Assembly: GCA_964561935.1 (NCBI GenBank)
Contig: CAZLQX010000005.1
Span: forward strand, 131,939-195,938
DNA: 64,000 bases
Source of the DNA: an uncultured Holophagales bacterium
GTDB lineage: Bacteria; Acidobacteriota; Thermoanaerobaculia; UBA5066
Direction of reading: 5' to 3'
In this document: positions 45,487-54,528 of the stretch, one piece after another
Numbering within the stretch: the stretch's first letter is position 1
Layout of the letters: each line of letters begins with the position of its first letter
Program-made: the position numbers and the translations under genes
Notes under the pieces: model-generated
The model's input: the letters and a program-made list of their open reading frames with translations, nothing else
Database searches by the model: none
Told to the model about the DNA's origin: nothing

Positions 45487-48400
45487 TCAGTTCGGGAGGA
45501 TCGGAGGCATCGGCTCCTCGAACGCGAGCTCGAAGAGCCCCTCGAGAGGCTCGGTCCGCTGCATCGCGTTCGGGATGACGACCCGGATCGTCCAGATCTT
45601 CTCCTTCTCGCGCTCGCGCTCGGGGTCGTCCGAGACGTCCCGACGGTCCCGCTCCTCGCTCGCGACCCTGACGAAGTAGAAGAAGCGGAGCGGGCCTCCG
45701 TACGCCTCGAGACTGCCGGTCCACCCGGCCTTCGACTCCTCGTCGCGCCCCGTGATCGACATCGGGGCGTCCGCCGGCCCGAGGCGCCAGACGTACGGGT
45801 TCGGCTGCTTGCCCGTCTTGAAGTCCGTCGAGGGGCGGACGACGACGGACCGGTCGAAGAGGAAGAGGGAGTTCACGCGGTCGCCCATGAAGCGCTTGCC
45901 CGGGCTCGGCGTGAACTGCAGCGGCCGGATCTCGACCTTGTGCTCCTTGATGACGGAGGTCGAGCGGCCGCCGCCGAAGAGGAAGAGCTGCCAGCCGCGG
46001 CCGACGGCGAGGAGCCCGCGCGCGTCGCCGACGAAGTCGAACTGCGGCTCCCAGCCCCAGAGGATCGGGTTCAGGGCGTACTCGTCGGCGAGGGAGCCGA
46101 CGTCCGTGAGGACGCCCGAGAAGTGCCCCTGGCTGATCGACGGGAGGTCGAGGCGGTAGGTCGCGCTGTTGCCGCTCCCGCCGGGCTTCAGCGAGCTGCC
46201 GGCGGCGTAGGCGACCCGCTCCTGCCTCAGCTGCGACTCGCGGACGAACGGGAACTGCCCGAGGCACTGCTCCCGGATCTTCCTCACGACCGGCTCGGCC
46301 GCCTGCTGGAACGCGGGGCGGATCATGTCGCGGATCAGGTTCGCGCCCCGGTTCTCCACCGCGATGAGCTGGCGGCCGTAGACGCTCCGGCGCACGGCCG
46401 GGTTGCGCGAGAAGGCGTGGTACCCGCGGAGCGAGACGCCGTCCTGCGCGAGGGAGAGCTGCCGCCACGCCTTGAGCTCCTGCTCGGGGAGCGGGACGAC
46501 GTTGTTCTTGAAGAGGTTCGCCGCCGCGACGAGCTCGGGCGGGGCCTTCGCGGGGCCGCTCGAGCGGCGCTGCGGCGCCGCCTTCCCCTTGAAGTAGGCG
46601 AGGACCGAGTTCAGGCGCCGGTTCGAGGCGGCGAACGACTGGACGTCCTCGAAGGCGAGGGCGCCCGACATGTCCGTGACCGGGGCGTCGCCGCCCCCCT
46701 GGGACTCGGGGATCCAGCGGGTGATCGCGGCCTGGAACTCGCGCCAGGAATTCGCCCTCAGGGCCGAGCCCGGGACGATGAAGCCGCCGCCGCCCCCGCC
46801 CCCCCCGCGGCCCGCGAAGCGGTCGATGTAGCGGCGGAGGTAGTCGAGCATCGCCTCCGCGTGCCCCTGGGCGAGCGCGTCGACGTCGGGCCGCGTCGCG
46901 ATCGACGAGGCCTCGGCGAACGAGATGTAGGAGACCCCGAGCGGGATCATCTGCTGCGCGTGGTTCCGCGTGAAGCAGACGTTCTCGAGGCAGGCGGGAC
47001 CGATCGAGCGGTCGAGGAACTGCTGCGTGTACGGGAGGACGCGGTAGACGAGGGCGAGGTCCGCCGTCCGCGGGACGAAGGCCGCGAGGGCCGTGTCCTG
47101 CCAGAGCGTCTTCTGCTCGGGCGGAATCGCCCCGATCGCGGTCACGTTCGCCGTCGCCTTCGCCTTCGCGTCGACCTGCTTCTTCGAGAAGAGCTCGAGC
47201 GTCGCCTTCTGGTCGGCGGGCGTCGACTTCCGCGACGCCTCCTCCACCACGGCCTTCGGGTTCTCCGTCGCCTCGAACGCGGCGAGGTCCGCGAACGACG
47301 TCACGTCGGCGACCATCGGCGAGATCGCCGCCGCGGACGGGCTCCAGGCCTTCTTCGCGGGGTTCTGCGGGTCCGGCACGACGAGGTAGGCGTAGGCGAG
47401 GATCTGGACCTCGAGGTTCTTCCAGTCCGACTCCATCTGGCCCTTGATCCGGTTCCGGGCGTTCTCGTTGACGACGCCCGGGACGACGGTCGTGAAGCGC
47501 ATCAGGAGGGTGTAGTCCGCGTCGAAGTTCCTCTTCCAGTCGGCGAGGGTCGCGCCCGGGAAGTCCTTCGTCCCCGGCTTCAGCGTGCCGAGGTGCTTCG
47601 TCGTGTCCTCCCAGGTCTTGCGGAACTCCTTTCCCGTCGCCGCCGCCCGGCCGAGGTAGCCGAGCGAGGACGGGTCCTCGATCTTGAGGAGCTCGGAGTA
47701 CTTCTGGACGTAGAGCGCGAGGAGCTGGTTCAGGCGGAAGTCCCACCGCGCGAGGTTCGCGACCGTCCAGTACTCCTCGAACTTCTTCAGCGCCGCGCCC
47801 GGGTCGGGGACGCGGACGAGCTCCGGGTCTTTCGGCGGCTCGGTCGGGAGCGCCCCGAGGATCAGGTCGGGGTTCCCGCTCGTCCCGACGGTCGCGACCC
47901 ACTCGTCGATCTCGCCCGACTTCGGCCCCGGCGCCATCCCCTTCGTGTTCGCGAGGAAGGCGATGAGCGGGACGACCTTCAGCTCCGACGCCTCCACGAG
48001 CGGCTTCTGCTCGCTCGTGAGCGCCCCCTTCTTGACGGACCACCACTTCAGGTGCCCGTCGAGGGCGGAGAAGAACGTCCGGTAGTCGTACGGGCCCGCC
48101 CAGTCGAGCGCGGCCATCCGGGCCTCGCCCTCCTTCATGAGCGGGTTCACGACGCGCTCGACGTAGAGCCTCTGGTTGATCTTGCCGAGGAGCGTGAAGA
48201 GCTGCCCCGACGAGGCGCGCTGGAAGAAGAGCGCGAAGAGGAAGGGCCGCTGCCGGATCGCGGCCTGGTGCTTGTAGATCGCCTCCGAGATCGCGTAGGC
48301 CTCCCCGATCGAGCAGGCCTCCTTCTTCTCGACGCAGGCCTGGGCCTTAAGCGCCGTCTCCCGCATCGGCTTCACGAACTTCCGCATGGAGACGTAGGGG

Positions 48401-49764
48401 AGGATCATCCCGCAGAGGCAGAGGAGCGGGAGGAGGACGATCGCGGCCTTCATGACGAGCCGCGTCGTCTTCTCCCGCTCGAGGGCCGCCTTCGTCCGCG
48501 CGATGAGCCCCTGCTCCGGGAAGACCTTCTTCTCGTAGAAGTCCTTGATGAAGAAGGCGCGGGAGCGCTTGAAGATCTGCTCGAGGTTCTCGACGATCCC
48601 CTCGGCGGAGCTCCCGAGCATCTCGCGCGTCGCCCGCGCGATCGGCTTGCCCTGCTGGACGCCGGAGGAGAAGTAGAAGCCGCGGAAGACGAACGGGTCG
48701 TCGTAGCGCGTCTCCTGGAAGACCCCCTGGAAGTAGCGCTTGAGCGACTCGCGGAGGGCGCGGAGCTCCTCGGGGAAGACGAAGATCCGGTCGACGTTCT
48801 GGACGATCTCCTCGTTCGCCGTGAACTTCATCCGGAGCTTGTGGACGCGCGTCAGGATCTCCTCGTAGGCCTCGTCGAACGTCGCGAGGGCGTACGGCTT
48901 GTCGGGGCCGTTCGGGTTCGACCAGCCGACGAGCTGCCGCTGGTCGACCGGGTCGAGCTTCGAGAAGAACTCGGAGAAACCGAGGATCCGGTCGGCCTTC
49001 GTGACCATGATGAAGACCGGGAAGCGGATCTCGAGGACCCGCTGGAGGTTCATGAGCTTCGACCGGATGTTCGCGGCCTTCTTGTCCTGCTCCTCGGGCG
49101 TGTCCTCGAGGAGCGAGGTCGCCGGGATGACCACGAGGACGCCGTTGATCGGGCACTCCTTGCGGTACTTCTTGAGCATCCTCAGGAAGGTCGACCACTC
49201 CGTCGCGTCGGGAGCGGCCTCCTCCTGGAACGTGAACCGGCCGGCGGTGTCGAGGATGACGGCCTCGTTCGCGAACCACCAGTCGCAGTTCCGCGTGCCG
49301 CCCGAGCCCGAGAGACCGTCGCCGCCGACGGGGAACTCGAGCCCGGAGTTCTTCAGCGTCGTCGACTTGCCCGACTGCGGCTCGCCGATGAGGAGGTACC
49401 AGGGGAGCGAGTAGACCTGCAGGCCCGTCGCCTTGAGCTGGGCGAGGGACTCCGTCCACTTCTGGGAGAGCTCCTTGACGGCCTCGCGGACCTCCTGCTT
49501 GGAGGCGCCGGCGCCGCCCTGCGCGTCGCGGGCGAGGTCCTTCTCGAAGGCGCCGCCGCGCGCCTTGTCGCCCTTCTTCAGGAAGGCGTCGTAGGCCGCG
49601 ACGAGGAGCGCGATGACGATGAGGCCGCCGATGACGGCCCACCAGAGGTGCCCGAAGCCGGCGGCCCTCGCGATCGCGAGGCAGAGCGGCATGAGCAGGA
49701 AGACGATGCCGAGGGTCTTGACGGGCTTCGGAAGGCGTCCGAGGAGGTCGAGCAGCTCGTACAT
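45487..49764 (-). CDS. tssM: TssM (IcmF) membrane complex protein
   Basis: 1425 aa. N-terminal TM helices flank a P-loop NTPase region (GEPQSGKST), followed by the long periplasmic IcmF domain. The antisense ORFs 45358..49806 and 45371..48046 are rejected. Confidence 0.9.
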   Translation of the reverse strand: MYELLDLLGRLPKPVKTLGIVFLLMPLCLAIARAAGFGHLWWAVIGGLIVIALLVAAYDAFLKKGDKARGGAFEKDLARDAQGGAGASKQEVREAVKELSQKWTESLAQLKATGLQVYSLPWYLLIGEPQSGKSTTLKNSGLEFPVGGDGLSGSGGTRNCDWWFANEAVILDTAGRFTFQEEAAPDATEWSTFLRMLKKYRKECPINGVLVVIPATSLLEDTPEEQDKKAANIRSKLMNLQRVLEIRFPVFIMVTKADRILGFSEFFSKLDPVDQRQLVGWSNPNGPDKPYALATFDEAYEEILTRVHKLRMKFTANEEIVQNVDRIFVFPEELRALRESLKRYFQGVFQETRYDDPFVFRGFYFSSGVQQGKPIARATREMLGSSAEGIVENLEQIFKRSRAFFIKDFYEKKVFPEQGLIARTKAALEREKTTRLVMKAAIVLLPLLCLCGMILPYVSMRKFVKPMRETALKAQACVEKKEACSIGEAYAISEAIYKHQAAIRQRPFLFALFFQRASSGQLFTLLGKINQRLYVERVVNPLMKEGEARMAALDWAGPYDYRTFFSALDGHLKWWSVKKGALTSEQKPLVEASELKVVPLIAFLANTKGMAPGPKSGEIDEWVATVGTSGNPDLILGALPTEPPKDPELVRVPDPGAALKKFEEYWTVANLARWDFRLNQLLALYVQKYSELLKIEDPSSLGYLGRAAATGKEFRKTWEDTTKHLGTLKPGTKDFPGATLADWKRNFDADYTLLMRFTTVVPGVVNENARNRIKGQMESDWKNLEVQILAYAYLVVPDPQNPAKKAWSPSAAAISPMVADVTSFADLAAFEATENPKAVVEEASRKSTPADQKATLELFSKKQVDAKAKATANVTAIGAIPPEQKTLWQDTALAAFVPRTADLALVYRVLPYTQQFLDRSIGPACLENVCFTRNHAQQMIPLGVSYISFAEASSIATRPDVDALAQGHAEAMLDYLRRYIDRFAGRGGGGGGGGFIVPGSALRANSWREFQAAITRWIPESQGGGDAPVTDMSGALAFEDVQSFAASNRRLNSVLAYFKGKAAPQRRSSGPAKAPPELVAAANLFKNNVVPLPEQELKAWRQLSLAQDGVSLRGYHAFSRNPAVRRSVYGRQLIAVENRGANLIRDMIRPAFQQAAEPVVRKIREQCLGQFPFVRESQLRQERVAYAAGSSLKPGGSGNSATYRLDLPSISQGHFSGVLTDVGSLADEYALNPILWGWEPQFDFVGDARGLLAVGRGWQLFLFGGGRSTSVIKEHKVEIRPLQFTPSPGKRFMGDRVNSLFLFDRSVVVRPSTDFKTGKQPNPYVWRLGPADAPMSITGRDEESKAGWTGSLEAYGGPLRFFYFVRVASEERDRRDVSDDPEREREKEKIWTIRVVIPNAMQRTEPLEGLFELAFEEPMPPILPN

Positions 49765-49771
49765 GGCGGCC

Positions 49772-50449
49772 TCAGAGGACTCCCAGCTTCTCGGCGACGC
49801 TCTTGATCTGGCCGACGAGGGAGGCCCAGGAGAGGAACGTCAGGAGCCAGAACCCGATGAGGACCCCGAAGCTGACGATCGCGACGCGGCCGAGGGTCAC
49901 GACCGGGTTCAGGCGCTTCCCCGAGGTCGCCATCACGGTGTAGGCCTCGGGGGTGATCTTGTCGCTCTGCGAAGCGAGGTACTCCGAGAGGAGGCGGTAG
50001 GTGTTCTTCCGCACCTCCGCGAGCTTCTCGGGCCGCTCGCGGTACTTGCCGCGGAAGCCGAGGGCGAGGCCGGCGTACACGATCGAGCCGAGCTCCACGT
50101 CCTCCGGCCTCAGCTCCTTGGCGATCGCGAAGTACTGGTCGCCGCCGATGTTCGAGCGGAAGTACTTCTCCTCGAAGATCCGGTCCTGCCACTCGCGGGA
50201 GAACTCCCAGCCGGAGTGGATCAGGATCTCGTCCGCGAGGACGACGAGCGGGTAGCGCGCCTGGTCGTAGAGCGCCTGGAGGCGGGGGTCGTTCCGGACG
50301 GCGGAGGCCTGCTCGCGGAAGATCTCCTCGAGGTCCGCGGCCGCGTCGTCGATGTCGACGCGGACGCCCTTCCGCACCTTCTGCCGGAACGCCGAAAGGA
50401 AGAGGAACTCCTTCGCGGCGACCTTGAAGAGCTCGGTCGTGTAGTCCAT
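49772..50449 (-). CDS. tssL: TssL (DotU/IcmH) membrane complex protein
   Basis: 225 aa DotU-type cytoplasmic domain with a single C-terminal TM helix (VAIVSFGVLIGFWLLTFL). No OmpA/peptidoglycan-binding extension. Confidence 0.85.
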   Translation of the reverse strand: MDYTTELFKVAAKEFLFLSAFRQKVRKGVRVDIDDAAADLEEIFREQASAVRNDPRLQALYDQARYPLVVLADEILIHSGWEFSREWQDRIFEEKYFRSNIGGDQYFAIAKELRPEDVELGSIVYAGLALGFRGKYRERPEKLAEVRKNTYRLLSEYLASQSDKITPEAYTVMATSGKRLNPVVTLGRVAIVSFGVLIGFWLLTFLSWASLVGQIKSVAEKLGVL

Positions 50450-50450
50450 C

Positions 50451-51809
50451 TCAGCTCCCGGGCTTCGTGATGATGTAGAGCGAGAACTTGAGCTTCGGGT
50501 CGAGGGCGTCGGACAGGGCGACGTTCCGGTCGCGGACGACGTTCGTCCAGTACGGCCCCTCCTTCTCGATCCGGAAGTAGAAGTAGTCCTCCCGCTGCGG
50601 GAGGCCGGGCGGCGTCCGCTTCAGGAGCTCGAGGTCGAGGCCGAAGAGCCGCCGCTGGCGGAGGATCGGGATGTCGCGGACCGTCCCGAGCTTCATCGTG
50701 ACGATCCGGCTCCTCAGCTCCTTCTCCTCCATCTCGGCCTCGATCGCGAGGAAGACCTCCGTCTGCGCGGCGAGCCACTCCTCGAGGAGGTCCGCGACGA
50801 GGAGGTCGTCCCTCAGGACGAAGTCGACCTTCACGAAGCGGGAGGCGACGATCTTCTCGAGGAGCGCCTCGATGACCCGGCACGTCTCGTGGAAGCAGGG
50901 CCCGAGCTTGTCGTGGTCGTAGACGGGGACCTTCACGGGGACCTTCCCGTCGTCGAAGATCGAGAGCTCGCCCGCGAGCCTCGCGAACTCCGTGTAGACG
51001 TGGAACGGGTGGATCCGCGGGATCCGGGTGAGCTGCTGGAAGAGGAAGAGGAAGCTCCCGAGGATCTGGAGCTTGATGATCGTCTGCCAGCCCGAGGTCC
51101 CGTCCGAGGCGATCGTGAGCCGCCCCTGGGCGACGTCCGTGAGGAGGAGCCGGTGCTTCGCCTCGATCCGGTTCGTGACGCCGTCGCAGAGCGTCTGGAT
51201 CGTCTTCGAGGCGCCGAGCTCCGTGAGCGAGGGGATGAACTCGCGCGAGAGGACGGGGAAGTTCCGCCCCGAGCCCGAGCGCTCGACGACGGCGACCTCG
51301 AGGCACTCGTAGCCCTCCTGGCTCTCGGCGCCGAAGAAGAGCTTCCCGTTGCAGCGCCGCACGCCGACGGGCTGCGGGTTCAGGCCGGAGTTCTCGTCGA
51401 GGACCTCGGCGTTCTCGGCGACGAAGCGCCGGTCGACGCCCGCGGGCCCCTCGCCCGGCGCGAACGTGTTCGGCGCCGTCTCGCGGAAGACCGGCACGCC
51501 GACGAAGACGCGCATCCGGCCGCTCGCCTTGTCGAGCTCGTTCTTGAAGCTGCGGGGAGAGATCCGGAGAGTGGAGTCGGACGACAGCGCGGTCCCGTCC
51601 TTGAGCTTCAGGGAGACGTCGCGGATCTCGAAGACGAAGTTCTCGAGCTGGTCCGGCGCCACGTCCAGCGACTGGAGGCCGTAGAAGAACGGCTGGATCC
51701 GCTGGATCTCGCGCTGGAGCGCCTCCTCGCGGTAGCGCTCGGCCGTCTGGAGGTGGTGGGGCCGGAGGAACATCCCCTCGGCCCAGAGGACCTGCGGCGT
51801 CTTCTTCAT
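50451..51809 (-). CDS. tssK: TssK baseplate protein
   Basis: MKKTPQVLWAEGMFLRPHHLQ is the canonical TssK N-terminus. 452 aa. Confidence 0.9.
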   Translation of the reverse strand: MKKTPQVLWAEGMFLRPHHLQTAERYREEALQREIQRIQPFFYGLQSLDVAPDQLENFVFEIRDVSLKLKDGTALSSDSTLRISPRSFKNELDKASGRMRVFVGVPVFRETAPNTFAPGEGPAGVDRRFVAENAEVLDENSGLNPQPVGVRRCNGKLFFGAESQEGYECLEVAVVERSGSGRNFPVLSREFIPSLTELGASKTIQTLCDGVTNRIEAKHRLLLTDVAQGRLTIASDGTSGWQTIIKLQILGSFLFLFQQLTRIPRIHPFHVYTEFARLAGELSIFDDGKVPVKVPVYDHDKLGPCFHETCRVIEALLEKIVASRFVKVDFVLRDDLLVADLLEEWLAAQTEVFLAIEAEMEEKELRSRIVTMKLGTVRDIPILRQRRLFGLDLELLKRTPPGLPQREDYFYFRIEKEGPYWTNVVRDRNVALSDALDPKLKFSLYIITKPGS

Positions 51810-51819
51810 GGGGGACCCG

Positions 51820-52302
51820 CTACCAGCGGCGCTCGACGGAGAGCTCCCGCTCGAGGACCGAGACGAGGATCTTCTGACCGACCCACTTCTCGCGGGCGAG
51901 GACGACGACCTGCTTCGTCGGGTCGACGTTCTGGAACTTGTAGTCGGCGATGAGGACGAGGAAGCGCTCGCCCTTCGAGAACGGCACGGAGACCGTCCGG
52001 TCGCACGGGCCGGCGCCCTCCCCCGTCTTGAAGGTCACGGTCTGGATCCGGTTCTGGCCCTGGATGTTGAAGCGGGTCTGGTCGTAGAACCACTTCTCGC
52101 CCATCTCCTGGATCCGCCGCGACTCTTCCTCCGTGGCCCGGATGACGTCGACGGCGAGCGCGAGGCCGCCGTTGATCTGGGGGCCGCACCGGAACGAGAC
52201 GGTGCCGACCTTCGCCCCGCAGCCCGTGAGCGCGGGGAGGGCGGCGACGATGAGGCCGCACGCGGCGATCCGGATCCGGGAGGGGAACGTCGTCTTCGTC
52301 AT
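51820..52302 (-). CDS. tssJ: TssJ outer-membrane lipoprotein
   Basis: Internal start MTKTTFPSRIRIAACGLIVAALPALTGCG (lipobox), then a 160-aa TssJ-sized beta domain. The remainder of ORF 51820..53976 upstream is Arg/Gly junk overlapping the fha frame. Confidence 0.8.
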   Translation of the reverse strand: MTKTTFPSRIRIAACGLIVAALPALTGCGAKVGTVSFRCGPQINGGLALAVDVIRATEEESRRIQEMGEKWFYDQTRFNIQGQNRIQTVTFKTGEGAGPCDRTVSVPFSKGERFLVLIADYKFQNVDPTKQVVVLAREKWVGQKILVSVLERELSVERRW

Positions 52303-54410
52303 GAGTTCTCTCCTCGCTGCGTCTTCCTGAGCTTCTCGAGCTCTTCCTTGGACAGGCGGGCCACGCCCTGGAGAATCTGGTCGTTCACGAGGTCGGGCGA
52401 GAGGTCGCGGACGGCGATCTTGTAGAGGTCCCACCACTCCGCCGCCTCGCCCCTCAGCTTCCACCCCGCGCTCCTCGGCGCGGACTCGATCGTGACGGGG
52501 TTGATCCGCTTCCAGAGGCGCTCGAACCAGTCCCCGGGCGCCTGGTGGAAGGCCGCGAGGATCGCGACCTGCCACTTCTTCAGCTCGTCGAGATACTCCT
52601 CGACGCGCTGGAGGCTCACGGGCTTCCCCTGGTCGAGGGCGTGGAGGAAGCTCCGCGTCGTCTCCTTGAAGCCGGGGAGCTTGAAGGCCATCGTCTCGTT
52701 CCCCGGCATCGTGAGCGACTGGATGAGGCCGAGCGTCATCCCCTCCATCGCGAGCGCGTACTCGATGACGCGGCGCAGGACGAGGACGTTCCGGTCCGCC
52801 TGGGCGAGGTCCTCGCCGAGGGCGAGCTGCTTGAGGGGGAGCGGCCCCGAGGGGAAGCCGGGCGCCTGCGACTTCCGCCGCTCGACCCCCTTCGACGGCA
52901 TCTCCTCGACGCGCTTGCGCTCGAGCTCCTCGACCTTCCTGCGGAGGCGCGGGAGCTCCGGGTCGACGCCCGCCCCCGCGGGGAGGACCGGGAAGTAGCG
53001 GCGGAGGAGCTCGAGGAACCGCGCGCGAGACTCCTTCGGGATCGGCGCGAGCTCCTTCTCGACGCGCCGCTTCAGCTGCCGGCGGCGGTCGTCGACGGAG
53101 CCGAAGCGGAGCTCCCCCGCGAGGACGAAGAGCTCGTCGGCGAGCTCGCGAGCGCGGCCGTCGAGGAGGATCTCCGCCGGCGTCCGCGGCGCGTCCCAGG
53201 CGACGGCCGGCGCGACGGGGGCCGCCGGCGGCGACGGAGCCGGGGCGGGGGCGGGAGCGGCGACCGGCTCCGGCGCCGGCCGCTCCGCCTCCCGCTCGGG
53301 CGCCCTCTCGTGCGCGGGCTCCGGGCGGCGACGGGGCGCGGGCGCCACGGCCGACGCCTCGGGCGAGGCGGCCCGCGGCGGGGGCGGAGGGGGCGGCGCG
53401 GTCCGGGAGAGCGGGGACGGCCCGGACGTCGCCGTCGCGTCGCCGACCTCCTCCGAGAGGAGCGTCGTGGTGCGCCCCTTCGCCGCTTCCGCGCGCGCCG
53501 CGGCGCGCGCCGCGAGGCGCTCGTCCGGCGTGGAGGCGGGGCGGCCCGGGACGGGCGCCGCGGCCCAGCCGTCGGGGACCGCGGTGATGCCGGAGGCGCC
53601 GAGCCAGTCGCCGACGGGGCCGAAGCGGTCGGCGACGAGGCCTGCGAGAAGGCTCCGCGCCGCGAGGCGGCTCGCCTCCGCCGGCTCGGTCCCGTCGGGC
53701 GCGGCGCCGCGGGAGGCGTCGAGAAGGCGCGCGACGCGAGGGGAGACGACGGCCGTCTCGAAGGCGCCGGTCAGGTTCGCGGGCTTCACGAGGATCTCGG
53801 CGATCCAGGCGAGCGGCTCGCGGAAGAAGGTCTTTCGGTAGACCTCGCCCCGCACCTCGCTCGCCCGCGCGCCCGCGCGGCCGAGGAGGTCCTCGATCTC
53901 GGGGTCCTCGAGCTTCAGGATCGCCTCGAGGAGGTGGCGTGTGTCGACGTAGCCCTCGCGGCGCGCCGCGGCGCACTCCGCGGCGCTCGCCAGGAGCGGC
54001 TCCAGGACCGAGCCCTCCCAGTGCGAGACGGCGAGCGGCTCGAAGGGCGGCGGCGCCGCGAGCGGGCTCGTGAGGTAGACCTGCACGGGCGTGAGCGAGA
54101 CGAGGAAGATCTCGCCCGACTTCACCTCCGTCTCGGTCGTGACGGCCTGCTGGGCCGCGAACGTCCCGTTCGAGCTCCCGAGGTCGCGGAGGAAGATCCG
54201 CCCCTGGGCGAAGCGGACCTCCGCGTGCGAGCCGGAGACGCCCGCGGAGACGGAGAGGACGAGGTGGTTCCGCTCCTTCGTCTGCCGGTCGAACGGGAGG
54301 CGCCCGATCCTCACGAGCTGCATCGCCTGCCGCGCCTCGGCGGCGTAGCGCAGCCCCTCCATCGGGCCGAGCCAGACCTCGAGCGTCAGGGAGCGCGGCG
54401 GGACGCTCAA
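52299..54410 (-). CDS. fha: FHA-domain protein (Fha/TagH)
   Basis: N-terminal FHA domain (RIGRLPFDRQ..NHLVLS..VSGSHAEVRF..GRIFLRDLGSSNGTF), then a Pro/Ala-rich low-complexity linker and a helical C-terminal domain. Its stop overlaps the tssJ start. Confidence 0.85.
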   Translation of the reverse strand: MSVPPRSLTLEVWLGPMEGLRYAAEARQAMQLVRIGRLPFDRQTKERNHLVLSVSAGVSGSHAEVRFAQGRIFLRDLGSSNGTFAAQQAVTTETEVKSGEIFLVSLTPVQVYLTSPLAAPPPFEPLAVSHWEGSVLEPLLASAAECAAARREGYVDTRHLLEAILKLEDPEIEDLLGRAGARASEVRGEVYRKTFFREPLAWIAEILVKPANLTGAFETAVVSPRVARLLDASRGAAPDGTEPAEASRLAARSLLAGLVADRFGPVGDWLGASGITAVPDGWAAAPVPGRPASTPDERLAARAAARAEAAKGRTTTLLSEEVGDATATSGPSPLSRTAPPPPPPPRAASPEASAVAPAPRRRPEPAHERAPEREAERPAPEPVAAPAPAPAPSPPAAPVAPAVAWDAPRTPAEILLDGRARELADELFVLAGELRFGSVDDRRRQLKRRVEKELAPIPKESRARFLELLRRYFPVLPAGAGVDPELPRLRRKVEELERKRVEEMPSKGVERRKSQAPGFPSGPLPLKQLALGEDLAQADRNVLVLRRVIEYALAMEGMTLGLIQSLTMPGNETMAFKLPGFKETTRSFLHALDQGKPVSLQRVEEYLDELKKWQVAILAAFHQAPGDWFERLWKRINPVTIESAPRSAGWKLRGEAAEWWDLYKIAVRDLSPDLVNDQILQGVARLSKEELEKLRKTQRGENS

Positions 54411-54528
54411 CGTCCGCCCCCGCGGAAGGGGCGATACGCCAGCGCCTCGAGAGAGGAGACGGCCTGACTGCAGGACACAGTGGCCGGATCTTACCCTCGG
54501 ACCCCGCGGGCCGCGACCCGGCTCCCGC

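Noticed and set aside
45358-49806. 1482-aa plus ORF and 45371..48046 (-) 891-aa ORF over tssM
   Set aside because: Antisense or off-frame junk (E/R/D/L/P repeats). The TssM frame has TM helices plus a P-loop.
51820-53976. 718-aa ORF containing TssJ at its C-terminus; also 52545..54467 (+)
   Set aside because: Only the last 160 codons (lipobox start MTKTTF...) are coding. The upstream part is Arg/Gly/Pro junk in the fha region, and the FHA protein is in a different frame.
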